A DNA stretch of 64,000 nucleotides, from positions 32,001 to 96,000 of the forward strand of contig CAVXEP010000002.1 in the NCBI GenBank assembly GCA_963760795.1. Reading direction: 5' to 3'. Below are positions 50,770 through 60,286 of the stretch, one piece after another. Every line of letters begins with the position of its first letter. The first letter of the stretch is position 1. Origin of the DNA: an uncultured delta proteobacterium. GTDB lineage: Bacteria > Desulfobacterota > Binatia > UBA9968. A model generated the notes under the pieces. The model was not told where the DNA came from. It did no database searches and saw only the letters and a list, made by a program, of their open reading frames with translations. The position numbers and the translations under genes were made by a program.

Positions 50770-51492
50770 ATGCCATCTGAGACTCCGAGCAATGCGAGGA
50801 CCAAAGCGGTTTTCTTCGATGCCGCTGGCACACTGATCAAGCCGGCGCGCCGAGTCGGCGAAAGCTATGCCGCGATCGCCGCCAAGTACGGCAAGGAGGT
50901 GACGCCGGCGGAACTGTTCGAGCGCTTTCGCATTTGCTTCGACGGCGCGCCGCCACTCGCCTTCCCCGGCGCCGCCACAGCAGAGATCGAGGCGCTTGAA
51001 CGCCAATGGTGGAAGCGGCTAGTAGCGCAAGTCTTCGAGCCCTGGGGTGACTTCGCGAAATTCGACCCCTACTTCGACGAACTGTTCGCCTACTTCGCCC
51101 GTGCCGACGCCTGGCTGCTTTATCCGGAAGTCGTCGAGACTCTGGCGGCGCTCAAACAGCGCGGCTTGATCCTCGCGGTGATTTCCAACTTCGATTCACG
51201 TCTGGTGCGGATACTCGACGGGCTCAATGTCGGCGCGAGCTTCGAACATATCTTTGTCTCCAGCGCGGTCGGCTATGCCAAGCCGCAAGCAAGAATCTTC
51301 GATATCGCTTTGACGAGATTTGGTTTGACCCCTGGGCAAGCGCTCCATATCGGCGACAGCGAGTCCAACGATCTACAAGGGGCGCAAAACGCCGGCGTAC
51401 GCGTGCTTTTAGTCGACCGTGACCGCGCCGCCGGTGCTGTGCCGCCGGATCGCGTCCATAGCCTGCGGCAGATTCTCGACCATCTCGATTAA
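50770..51492 (+). CDS. HAD-superfamily hydrolase (HDHD3/REG-2-like)
   Basis: FFDAAGTL, ISNFD, KP, HIGDS..ND motifs. Confidence 0.88.
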   Translation: MPSETPSNARTKAVFFDAAGTLIKPARRVGESYAAIAAKYGKEVTPAELFERFRICFDGAPPLAFPGAATAEIEALERQWWKRLVAQVFEPWGDFAKFDPYFDELFAYFARADAWLLYPEVVETLAALKQRGLILAVISNFDSRLVRILDGLNVGASFEHIFVSSAVGYAKPQARIFDIALTRFGLTPGQALHIGDSESNDLQGAQNAGVRVLLVDRDRAAGAVPPDRVHSLRQILDHLD

Positions 51493-51567
51493 CACCCAGG
51501 CACCGAGGGTAGCTTGACTCCACGCCGTAGCTAAGCTACACGGCAACTACTTTCGAGGAACCGAATC

Positions 51568-52281
51568 ATGGTAACTTCCACTTGGCAACAGACTGAATCC
51601 GACAACAACCCGATGCCGCTCTACGTGAGCGTACCCGACGGCACCGGACCCTTTCCCGCCCTGGTCGTTGTGCAACATCAGACCGGCGTCGATGAATTCA
51701 TTCAGGGAATGGCGCAAAGACTCGCCGGCGCCGGTTACGTCGCCGCGGTGCCGAGCCTATACCATCGCGATGGTCCGGACTGCCAAGACGACCCACGTAG
51801 CCGGAGCCAGCGGCTGGGCGACCGGCGCGTAATAAACGATGTCGAGGCCACGGTCAGCTACCTTCAACGCGACAACGCCGTCGATGGCAAACGCATCGGC
51901 GTCATCGGCTTCTGCATGGGCGGCCGGGTCGCCTATCTGCTGGCGGCAACCAACCCGGCCTTCAAAGCGGCTGTAACCTTTTATCCCGGCAACACCGGCC
52001 GTGCCTGGGGCCGAGACATTCCGACCCCCTTCGAACGCAGCGCGGAAATCCATTGCCCGATCCAAGGCCACTTCGGCGATGACGACAAAAACCCCTCGCC
52101 GGAAGACCGCCGGAATCTCGCCGCCGAGCTGGCCAAGCATAACAAGACCCATGAGTTCTACGCCTACGCCGGCGCCGGCCATGCTTTCATGGACAACACG
52201 AAAGAGAGTTTTCGCGCCGACGCTGAAGCCGCCGCCTGGCCGCGCGCGCTGGAGTTTTTGCGCCGCCATCTGGGCGGGTGA
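51568..52281 (+). CDS. Dienelactone hydrolase family protein
   Basis: GFCMGG, GHAF; paralog of 19368-20075. Confidence 0.9.
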   Translation: MVTSTWQQTESDNNPMPLYVSVPDGTGPFPALVVVQHQTGVDEFIQGMAQRLAGAGYVAAVPSLYHRDGPDCQDDPRSRSQRLGDRRVINDVEATVSYLQRDNAVDGKRIGVIGFCMGGRVAYLLAATNPAFKAAVTFYPGNTGRAWGRDIPTPFERSAEIHCPIQGHFGDDDKNPSPEDRRNLAAELAKHNKTHEFYAYAGAGHAFMDNTKESFRADAEAAAWPRALEFLRRHLGG

Positions 52282-52341
52282 GGGGAATCTGAACACAGTT
52301 TGCCAATGTGAAGACTGTTGGAGCACGAAGCACAGTCCAAC

Positions 52342-53004
52342 ATGAAGTCAAAAAACGCGGAAAAGAAAGACGCCGTCGCCGCAGCGATCGTGGAAGAGCG
52401 CCTAAGGCTATCCCGCGAGCTCCACGACCGCGCCTTACAGCTCCTCACCAGTGCCCGTTTGCGCCTGGAGAACTGTCACCACTATCAGCACAACGATGCG
52501 ACCGCTCTGGAAAAAGAACTCATTGGCATCGAAGACAACCTCGATCACGCTATTACTGAAATCCGCAATATTCTTGCCGAGAACCAAATCGCGGAACAAC
52601 TGCAGGCGGGCTCGTTGGAGCGCCGGCTCAAGGAAGAACTCAGTATATTTAGCGCCCGTAGCGGCTTTCAAATCGACCTTCATTGCGCTGTCGATACCCT
52701 TGACCTGCCGATCGCCATCGAAAAAGAACTCTATTTCACCCTGCGCGAGGGCGTGCTCAATGCCGTACGCCACGCGCGCGCGTCGGAGATCCATTTATCC
52801 CTGGCGCGTAGTCAGTCCGCCTATCGCGCTACTCTGAGCGACAACGGCGTCGGCTTCGTCGCCGCCGCTACCGAAGGCAGTAACCACTACGGACTCAAGG
52901 GAATGAAAGAACGGATTGAAAAGCTTGGCGGCACCCTCGATCTCCAAACCGCCCCGGGCAAAGGGACGCGCATCGAGATCGAGATTCCCTATTCCGGCGA
53001 TTAG
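52342..53004 (+). CDS. HisKA_3-type histidine kinase lacking a sensor domain
   Basis: ERLRLSRELHD, NAVRH, DNGVGF, GLKGMKER, GKGT motifs. Confidence 0.85.
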   Translation: MKSKNAEKKDAVAAAIVEERLRLSRELHDRALQLLTSARLRLENCHHYQHNDATALEKELIGIEDNLDHAITEIRNILAENQIAEQLQAGSLERRLKEELSIFSARSGFQIDLHCAVDTLDLPIAIEKELYFTLREGVLNAVRHARASEIHLSLARSQSAYRATLSDNGVGFVAAATEGSNHYGLKGMKERIEKLGGTLDLQTAPGKGTRIEIEIPYSGD

Positions 53005-53024
53005 AACATAGCACGCCGCCGGGC

Positions 53025-53531
53025 CTAACCCTGGCGCGCCGCGAGCTGTTTAAGTTTCTCTCCGGTGACGCGAAACACCGTCCACTCGTTCATCGGCATT
53101 GCGCCGAGCTTTTGGTAAAAATTCACCGCCGGTTCGTTCCAGTCCAACACCGACCACTCGAGCCGGCCGCAATCGCGCGCCACCGCCAGCTTGGCGATGT
53201 GAGCCAGCAACGCACCGCCGAAACCGCGCCGCCGATAGGATTCCTCGACAAACAGATCCTCGATGTAAATCCCCGGCCGACCGACAAACGTCGAGAAATT
53301 GTGAAAGAACAGGACGAACCCAACCGGCTCGTTATTATAATAACCGATCGCCACTTCCGCAGTGCGCCGCCGGCCGAACAGGGTGCGCCGCAACAGCTCG
53401 TCGGTCGCCACCACCTCGTGGGATAAGCGCTCGTAGTCCGCAAGTTTAGTGATAAACGAAAGGATCACCGGCACATCCTTCTTGGTAGCCGCCTTGATGG
53501 CAAAATCCGCAATGCCCGTCGAAGTGGTCAT
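53025..53531 (-). CDS. GNAT acetyltransferase (SSAT-like)
   Basis: LADYE, NFSTF..GIYIEDLFV, RLEWSVLDWN motifs. Confidence 0.9.
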   Translation of the reverse strand: MTTSTGIADFAIKAATKKDVPVILSFITKLADYERLSHEVVATDELLRRTLFGRRRTAEVAIGYYNNEPVGFVLFFHNFSTFVGRPGIYIEDLFVEESYRRRGFGGALLAHIAKLAVARDCGRLEWSVLDWNEPAVNFYQKLGAMPMNEWTVFRVTGEKLKQLAARQG

Positions 53532-53571
53532 GGCTTGGTCCTCAAAGATAATATCCGTTCTGACTTCGAGA

Positions 53572-53633
53572 TTCACCAAGGACGCCAAGGGTTCGGACAA
53601 ATGATTCTCCGAACTTCGTGCCTTCGTGGTGAA
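53572..53633. repeat. Family B palindromic repeat
   Basis: ttcaccaaggacgccaagggttcgga..tccgaacttcgtgccttcgtggtgaa. Confidence 0.8.
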
Positions 53634-53644
53634 ACTTTTCTTGA

Positions 53645-55861
53645 TCACTTGCCGGCGTCTTTGAGCGCACGCCAGACCCGTTCCGGCGTCAGCGGCAGAT
53701 CGCGAATGCGCACGCCGGTGGCCCGGTCGATGGCATTGCACACCGACGGCGCCACCGAGAGAATGCCGCCTTCGGCCATGCCGCGCACGCCGAAGGGTCC
53801 GGGACCGTCGCCGTTTTCGACAAGTTCGGTGTGAAACTCTGCCGGCACATCGGAAAAAGATGGAACCCGGTAATCGACCAGATTCGGATTGAGCAATTGT
53901 CCATTGTCGTAGATCAACTGCTCAAAAAAAGTATGGCCGATGCCCTGCATCGCCGCGCCCTCTTCCTGGGCGACGCAATGCTCGGGGTGAATCGCTTTGC
54001 CGACATCGGCGACGGAAATGAACTTTGTCAACTTCACTGCGCCGGTCTCGCGATCGATATCGACCTCGGCGGTGCCCATGCCGACTTCCCAGAATACCGG
54101 CAGTTTGTTGTCGGTGATCTCCGGGCCGGCTTCACCGCGGCCGATCAACTCGCCGCCCGAGCCTTTGCCGAAACGCTTTTCGAACGCTTCTTTGAACGAC
54201 AGCCGCGACTCGCCGCACACCAACGCGCCGTCGACGACGTGAATCTGTTTCGGCTTCGCCCCCATGGTCTGGGAAGCGATTTGGACGAATTGCTGGCGCA
54301 AATCCCGCGCCGCTTTCTGTACCGCCGTGCCCATGAGCGTCGTCGAACGACTCGATCCGGTCGAGCTATCGTAAGGCGTAACTTTGGTATCGGCGCCGAG
54401 CATGCGAAACTGCTCCATCGGCAACGTCAACTCCTCGGCGGCGATCTGCGTCAAGGTCGTGCGCACGCCCTGGCCCATCTCGGTGCTGCCGGCGGCGATG
54501 TTGGCGACGCCGTCGGACTGCATGCGAATCATCGCCACTGACACCGGCGTCGCGCCGGCGTTGGTGATGGCGCAGCCCATGCCAACCGCGGTGTTTTTGT
54601 GCTTGCGCGATCGCTTCCAGTGGCTTGCGCGCACCAAAGTTTTTAAGCTCGCCGAAAGATTGGCGTCGATTCCCTTCAATCCAGGGCGCAGCTCCTGGCC
54701 TTTCTTGAGCAAGTTCTTGGCCCGCAACTCGGCCGGGTCCATGCCCAGCTTGGCGGCAAGTATTTCGATTTGCGACTCGCCCGCAAAGATCACCTGCGGC
54801 GCACCGATGGCGCGGTAGGAGCCCGCCGAGCCGGTGTTGGTATAGACCTGGTAGGCGTTGGTGCGGATGTTGGGAATCCAATAGGGGCCGAGAATGCGCG
54901 TCGCCGAACGCGCCGTCACCTGCGGCCCATTGTCGTCGTAGCCGCCGGTGTCGAGATAAATCTCCGCCTCCCGCGCCATGATCGTGCCGTCGTTTTTCAC
55001 TCCGGTCTTGATCCGCACCCGCGCGCCGTGACGGCGCACCGTGACCATCGACTCGCCGACGGAATTGCAGATCCGCACCGGCTGTTTGGCCTTGCGCGCC
55101 AGCGCAACGACGAGCGGCTCGAACTTCGTGTACGACTTGCTGCCGTAGCCGCCGCCCAGGTAGTTGATAATCAAGCGTACCTTCGCCGTCGGCACTTTGA
55201 ATACTTTGGCAATGTCGCCGCGTACTTGAAACGGATGCTGCGCGCACGACCAGACGGTGATCTCGTCGTTGACATCATAGTGCGCGATCGCCGAGTGCGG
55301 CTCCATGGCATAGTGATAGACCATCGGGAAAGTGAAATTGTCCTCGGCGATGATGTCCGATTGGGCGAAGCCTTCGTCGGCATCGCCGCGATTGACCTTC
55401 TCATGGGTGCCGATGTTGCCGCTTTTATCTTCGTGCACCAACGGCGCGCCCGGTTTGATCGCGGCTTCGATGCCGGCCACTGTCGGCAGCTCGTCGTAGT
55501 CGACGTCAATCAACGCCAGCGCTTCCTCGGCAATTGCAATGTCCACCGCCGCCACTGCCGCCACCGGCTCGCCGACGTAGCGCACCTTATTGATAGCGAT
55601 CACCGGCCGGCCGTTATAGATCGGGTTCAGATCGGCGATATCCGCCGCCGTCAGCACCGCGATGACACCGGGCAGCGCCTCGGCTTGCGAGGCGTCAATG
55701 GAGCGGATCCGCGCATGGGGAAAAGTGCTGCGCAAGATTTTTCCATGAAGCATGCCGGGAACGGTGATATCACCGACAAATTTCGCCGCGCCGGTGACTT
55801 TCTCGACACCGTCGACGCGCTTGACGTTGTGCCCGACGAATTTGAACTCGCGCTTAGCCAT
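53645..55861 (-). CDS. Xanthine dehydrogenase family molybdopterin-binding subunit
   Basis: KVTGAAKF, GGGYGSK, YRAIG, EMGQG, RGMAE motifs. Confidence 0.9.
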   Translation of the reverse strand: MAKREFKFVGHNVKRVDGVEKVTGAAKFVGDITVPGMLHGKILRSTFPHARIRSIDASQAEALPGVIAVLTAADIADLNPIYNGRPVIAINKVRYVGEPVAAVAAVDIAIAEEALALIDVDYDELPTVAGIEAAIKPGAPLVHEDKSGNIGTHEKVNRGDADEGFAQSDIIAEDNFTFPMVYHYAMEPHSAIAHYDVNDEITVWSCAQHPFQVRGDIAKVFKVPTAKVRLIINYLGGGYGSKSYTKFEPLVVALARKAKQPVRICNSVGESMVTVRRHGARVRIKTGVKNDGTIMAREAEIYLDTGGYDDNGPQVTARSATRILGPYWIPNIRTNAYQVYTNTGSAGSYRAIGAPQVIFAGESQIEILAAKLGMDPAELRAKNLLKKGQELRPGLKGIDANLSASLKTLVRASHWKRSRKHKNTAVGMGCAITNAGATPVSVAMIRMQSDGVANIAAGSTEMGQGVRTTLTQIAAEELTLPMEQFRMLGADTKVTPYDSSTGSSRSTTLMGTAVQKAARDLRQQFVQIASQTMGAKPKQIHVVDGALVCGESRLSFKEAFEKRFGKGSGGELIGRGEAGPEITDNKLPVFWEVGMGTAEVDIDRETGAVKLTKFISVADVGKAIHPEHCVAQEEGAAMQGIGHTFFEQLIYDNGQLLNPNLVDYRVPSFSDVPAEFHTELVENGDGPGPFGVRGMAEGGILSVAPSVCNAIDRATGVRIRDLPLTPERVWRALKDAGK

Positions 55862-55943
55862 GAACTCTCCCGAATCGAAAAATGATTAACGATTCCTAAC
55901 AAAGCGTTTTCGCTTGTTCAAGGAAGCGCCGCAAAGTCAGTCT

Positions 55944-55993
55944 GTCATTTCGACTCCTTCGGCTCTGCTCAGGATAAACTCCGTGAGAAATCT
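55944..55993. repeat. GTCATTTCGAC..GAGAAATCT element interrupted by a reversed CCTGAGC..GAAGGA module
   Basis: gtcatttcgac[tccttcggctctgctcaggataaac]tccgtgagaaatct. Confidence 0.65.
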
Positions 55994-56041
55994 TTTCAGC
56001 GCTTCGGTGGGATTCGCCTACTTCTTCGGTTATAAAATCCC

Positions 56042-56737
56042 ATGCGCTTCAAGTCACGCCTGATCCGCGGCACGCTGATCCAACGCTACAAGCGATTTCT
56101 CGCCGATGTGCGTCTGGAAGACGGCGAAATCGTCACCGCCCACTGCACCAACACCGGCAGCATGATGGGCTGCAAAGAACCCGGCAGCGCGGTCTACATT
56201 TCACGCAGCGACAATTTGAACCGCAAACTCGCCTACACCTGGGAAATGATCGAGATCAATAATCGCTGGGTCGGCATCAATACCATGCACCCGAACAAAC
56301 TCGTGGCCGAAGCGGTTGAGTCGGGGGTGATCGAGGAGCTCAGCGGCTACCCAACCATTCGCCGCGAAGTCAAAGTCAGCGCCCATTCGAGGCTCGATTT
56401 GTGCCTGGAAGGAAGCCGCGGCAACTGTTTCGTCGAAGTGAAAAACGTCACCCTCGCCGTCGACGGCAGCGCGGCTTTTCCCGACGCCGTCAGCGAACGG
56501 GGCACCAAACATTTGCAAGAACTCATGCGCCTCAAGCGCCAAGGCCATCGCGCCGCCATCGTCTTCGTCATTCAAAGAGGTGATTGCGGCAACTTCCGAC
56601 CAGCCGACGAGATCGATCGAGAATACGGCCGCTGGCTGCGCAAAGCGGTCAAAGCCGGCGTCGAAGCCCTGCCCTACATTGCCAAGGTGACGCCCAAAGA
56701 AATCATACTGTCCGAACGAATTGCCATCCAATTGTAG
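56042..56737 (+). CDS. sfsA: Sugar fermentation stimulation protein (PD-(D/E)xK nuclease fold)
   Basis: RYKRFLADV, AHCTNTGSM, VEVKNVT..FPDA..RG.KHL motifs. Confidence 0.93.
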   Translation: MRFKSRLIRGTLIQRYKRFLADVRLEDGEIVTAHCTNTGSMMGCKEPGSAVYISRSDNLNRKLAYTWEMIEINNRWVGINTMHPNKLVAEAVESGVIEELSGYPTIRREVKVSAHSRLDLCLEGSRGNCFVEVKNVTLAVDGSAAFPDAVSERGTKHLQELMRLKRQGHRAAIVFVIQRGDCGNFRPADEIDREYGRWLRKAVKAGVEALPYIAKVTPKEIILSERIAIQL

Positions 56738-56781
56738 GGGCGGACCGGGCCTGTCCTGAGTTGATCGAAGGATGTCCGCTC
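56734..56781. repeat. GTAG-type REP interrupted by the 23-bp module
   Basis: gtaggggcggaccggg[cctgtcctgagttgatcgaagga]tgtccgctc. Confidence 0.65.
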
Positions 56782-56909
56782 TCCGGAACAGGCGACCACT
56801 CGGTGCAACAGAATCACTTACCTGTGTTTGCCACAGCTTTACCGGACATGTTAAGAGGCAATCAAATCAATCAACGACAACGTGCTTAAACCGATCGGAG
56901 GAGGAATTT

Positions 56910-57878
56910 ATGATCACCGCTCAAGATTTGAAAGGCGCACTCGCCATCATGCCGACGCCGGCAAAACCGGGGGCCGAACGTTTGGATGCGACCAACACCG
57001 TCGACCTCGATGAAACCGCTCGCCTCGCCGAAGCGTTGGTGCGCGATGGCGCCAACGGCATCATGGCGCTCGGCACCATGGGCGAATGCGCCACGACATC
57101 CCAAGCCGACTACGAAGCCTATGTCGACTGCCTGCTTCGCACCGTGCGCGGCCGGATACCGACCTTCGTCGGCACCACGGCACTCGGCGGTCACGAGATC
57201 GCCCGCCGCATCAAGTTCGTAAAAGAACTCGGCGCCACCGGAACGTTGTTGGGAATACCTATGTGGCAGCCGGCCAACGTCGAGATGGCGGTGAAATTCT
57301 ACGCCGATGTCGCCGACACCTTTGGCGATTTTCCAATCATGGTCTACGCCAACCCGCGCGCCTTTCGCTTCGACTTCGGCGTCGAATTCTGGCGACAAGT
57401 AGTCGACAAAGCGCCGACGGTGATGTCGGCGAAATTTTCCAGCAAGGCGATTCTCAAACAATGCGTCGAAGTCTCCAAAGGCCGCGTCAACTTCGTGCCG
57501 CCCGTCGGCCTTGCCTACGAGTTCGCGCAGATATCCCCGGCGTCGCAAACCACTTGCTGGATTCCTTCTGTCGGCCCGCAGGTCGCCATCGCGCTGATGA
57601 AAGCGCTCGCCGACGGCGCCGCCGAACAAGCCAAAGCGGTCGCCGCCGACATCGCCTGGGCCAACGAACCGCACCACGCCATCACCGGTTCGCAAGAAAT
57701 ATTCGCCTCCTACAACATCCAGCTGGAAAAAGTCTTGATGGCGGCGTCCGGCTACTGCAAGACCGGCCCGATCCGCCCGCCCTATGACTATATGCCGGAG
57801 GATTTCCGCAAAGCCGCCACCGAAGGCGGCCAGCGCTACGCCAAGCTGCGCGAGAAATATTCGAAACTGCTCGGTTAA
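56910..57878 (+). CDS. NahE/PhdJ-like hydratase-aldolase (DHDPS family)
   Basis: IMPTP..TVDLDETAR, GTMGECAT, GTTAL, YANPRAFRFDF, YNIQLEK..GPIRPPY; RBS ggaggagg. Confidence 0.87.
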   Translation: MITAQDLKGALAIMPTPAKPGAERLDATNTVDLDETARLAEALVRDGANGIMALGTMGECATTSQADYEAYVDCLLRTVRGRIPTFVGTTALGGHEIARRIKFVKELGATGTLLGIPMWQPANVEMAVKFYADVADTFGDFPIMVYANPRAFRFDFGVEFWRQVVDKAPTVMSAKFSSKAILKQCVEVSKGRVNFVPPVGLAYEFAQISPASQTTCWIPSVGPQVAIALMKALADGAAEQAKAVAADIAWANEPHHAITGSQEIFASYNIQLEKVLMAASGYCKTGPIRPPYDYMPEDFRKAATEGGQRYAKLREKYSKLLG

Positions 57879-57907
57879 ACTGACGCGGCGGCGAAGACTT
57901 GGGGTAC

Positions 57908-57985
57908 TCACCACGAAGGCACGAAGGATACGAAGTTCGGAGATAAATTTTTCTTACCTTCGTGCTCTTCGTGCCTTCGTGGTGA
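57908..57985. repeat. Family B palindromic repeat
   Basis: tcaccacgaaggcacgaaggatacgaagttcgg..cttcgtgctcttcgtgccttcgtggtga. Confidence 0.85.
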
Positions 57986-58038
57986 AAAGTCTTTTCCAAC
58001 TTTTCTCCCGTTGCGGCTATTCCACGGAGGCATCTTAA

Positions 58039-59100
58039 GTGACCATCGATCTAACCAAGGCGGCCGCTTATTCGGACAAGACGCCCTATGAACTTTGGCA
58101 GGAACAGGAAGGCATTCCGATCTACCACGGACTCGCCATCGATGATCTCAAAACCATCGAGCTCGGGCCGTGGCAGCGCAAAGCCGCCGCCGGCGCGTTT
58201 ATCAATATGCTCGGCGCCGGCAGAAGTTGCGATGCTTATGTCTGCGAGATCGCTGCGAAGAGGCAGACAGCCGCCGAGCGCTATCTCTTCGAAGAGCTGA
58301 TCTACGTTGTCAAAGGCCGGGGCGCGACCACCGTGTGGCAAGAAGGCGGTCGCAAGCAAACTTTTGAATGGCACGAAGGCAGCATGTTTTCCGCGCCGCT
58401 CAATTCCTGGCGCCAGCATTTCAACGCCCAGGGCGATGAGCCGGCGCGCTTCGTCGCGCTCACCGACGCGCCGGTCATGATCAACCGCTTTCGCAATCTC
58501 AACTTCGTGCTCAACAACAATTTCGCTTTCGCCGATCGCTTTAACGGCGAAGAGGGTTACTTCAGCGGCAAAGGCCGGGAAGTCACCGGCCATCGCACTT
58601 GGGATTCCAACTTCATCGCCGATATCCCAAATTTCGGGCTAATGGAACATAGCGCCCGCGGCCAGGGAGCGCGCGGCATCTTGCTGCATTTTGCCGCCAA
58701 CACGATGTCCGCCCATATCGAAGAGTACCCCGTCGGCACCTATCCGCGCGCCCATTGGCATGGTCCCGGCGCGCATATTTTGATTCTCTCCGGCGCAGGC
58801 TATTCGTTGCTCTGGGAACCTGGCAAAAAGCGCGAGCGCATTGACTGGAAGCCCGGCAGCCTGTTCGCGCCACCGGCCAAGTGGTTCCATCAACATTTCA
58901 ATCCCGGCAAAGAGCCGGCGCGCTATCTCGCGCTCAAGCCCTGGGGCTTCACCTATCAGGTCGAAGACTTGGTAAAGACACTGGAAGTCGAAGCCAGCGG
59001 CGGCACCCAGATCGACTACCAAGACCAAGACCCGGAGATTCATCAGACATTCGTCAGAGAGTGCGCCAAACGCGGCGTCGAAGTGCGGCTAAAATTGTGA
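58039..59100 (+). CDS. Bicupin protein (paralog of 29385)
   Basis: PYELWQ..EG, FEWHEGS, AHWHGPG..WFHQHFN motifs. Confidence 0.85.
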   Translation: MTIDLTKAAAYSDKTPYELWQEQEGIPIYHGLAIDDLKTIELGPWQRKAAAGAFINMLGAGRSCDAYVCEIAAKRQTAAERYLFEELIYVVKGRGATTVWQEGGRKQTFEWHEGSMFSAPLNSWRQHFNAQGDEPARFVALTDAPVMINRFRNLNFVLNNNFAFADRFNGEEGYFSGKGREVTGHRTWDSNFIADIPNFGLMEHSARGQGARGILLHFAANTMSAHIEEYPVGTYPRAHWHGPGAHILILSGAGYSLLWEPGKKRERIDWKPGSLFAPPAKWFHQHFNPGKEPARYLALKPWGFTYQVEDLVKTLEVEASGGTQIDYQDQDPEIHQTFVRECAKRGVEVRLKL

Positions 59101-59193
59101 AGTTTGTAAAGCAACCACAGCGCACGCTGACGTCCGCAGTTCAAGCAGCTTCACAAGCAACGTCAAGATGCTCAGCGTAAATGGATTGTCGTC

Positions 59194-60270
59194 ATGGATT
59201 TGAATGCATTTCCATTCCTCCTGGAGCCATCGAGGGACTCCGAACAATCGTTCAAATACTCTCCGAGTCCGTGGTTAATCGCGCAAGCTGTGCTTCTGCT
59301 CTGCGCTGTGATGACTCTTGCGGCACCGCGCGATTTGAACGCCCAGGAACAAATCCTCGTCGGCTACGACGGCCACGCCGGCTTCCAAGGCGCGATCTGG
59401 GCAACTAAAGATCTCGGCTTGTTCGAGAAGCATGGACTTGCCGGCGAGCTCATCCTGATTCCCGGCAGCGCCCGCGGCATGGCCGCGCTGCTCTCGGGCA
59501 GCGTGCCGTTCATCCAAGGTTCCGCCACCGCGCCGCTGGCGGCGTTCTTACGCGGCGGCGATGTCGCGGTGATCGCCGCGGCCTATAATAAACTGCCCTT
59601 GAGCGTGGTCGCGCGCAAAGAAATCCGCACCCCGGCTGATTTAATCGGCAAGAAGTTGGGCATTCTGAATTTTGGCGGTTCCAACGATCTCGGAGTCACC
59701 TTGGCGCTGAAAGAATGGAATATTCCGCGCAGCGCCGTGACCATACTGGCCGCCGGCGGCGCGCCGGAACGGTTCGCGGCATTGATGAGCGGCAATATCG
59801 ACGCCACGGTGTTGTCCCCGCCGGAAACCGTCGCCGCGACGCGCGCGGGCTTGCGCATTCTCGCCAACCTCGGCGATTTAAATGCAGCATTCCCGCAAAC
59901 CCTGATCATGGTGCGCCGCTCCTATCTCGCGAGTAAACGGGACACGGTCAAACGCTTTATCCGCGCCTATAGCGAAGGCATTTTTGAGTTTAAGACCAAC
60001 CGCGACAAGGCCATCAAGATTTACGCCCACCGGCTCAAGCAAAAAGATCTAACCGTTCTCGACGAGACGCACGGCTTTTACGGCCCGAATTTTTCCCTGC
60101 CGCCGCGCATCGATCGCAACGGCATCGCCAACACCCTCGATCTAGTGCGTCAAACCAGCGAGGTTAAGGGCGACGTGAATCTTGCATCGTTCGTCGATGA
60201 GTCGATCATTGACGAGTTGGAACGGGACGGCTTTTACAAAAAATTCGTCGATCCGAAAGCAAAGAAATAA
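59194..60270 (+). CDS. ABC substrate-binding protein, NMT1/SsuA-like (start uncertain)
   Basis: Hydrophobic leader; KDLGLFEKHGL and DLIGKKLG motifs. Confidence 0.85.
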   Translation: MDLNAFPFLLEPSRDSEQSFKYSPSPWLIAQAVLLLCAVMTLAAPRDLNAQEQILVGYDGHAGFQGAIWATKDLGLFEKHGLAGELILIPGSARGMAALLSGSVPFIQGSATAPLAAFLRGGDVAVIAAAYNKLPLSVVARKEIRTPADLIGKKLGILNFGGSNDLGVTLALKEWNIPRSAVTILAAGGAPERFAALMSGNIDATVLSPPETVAATRAGLRILANLGDLNAAFPQTLIMVRRSYLASKRDTVKRFIRAYSEGIFEFKTNRDKAIKIYAHRLKQKDLTVLDETHGFYGPNFSLPPRIDRNGIANTLDLVRQTSEVKGDVNLASFVDESIIDELERDGFYKKFVDPKAKK

Positions 60271-60286
60271 GTCATAGAAAGAACAC

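Noticed and set aside
56042-56737. SfsA nuclease as mobiliser of the flanking repeats
   Set aside because: Repeats flank many unrelated genes here and sfsA is a widespread gene; there is no specific evidence.
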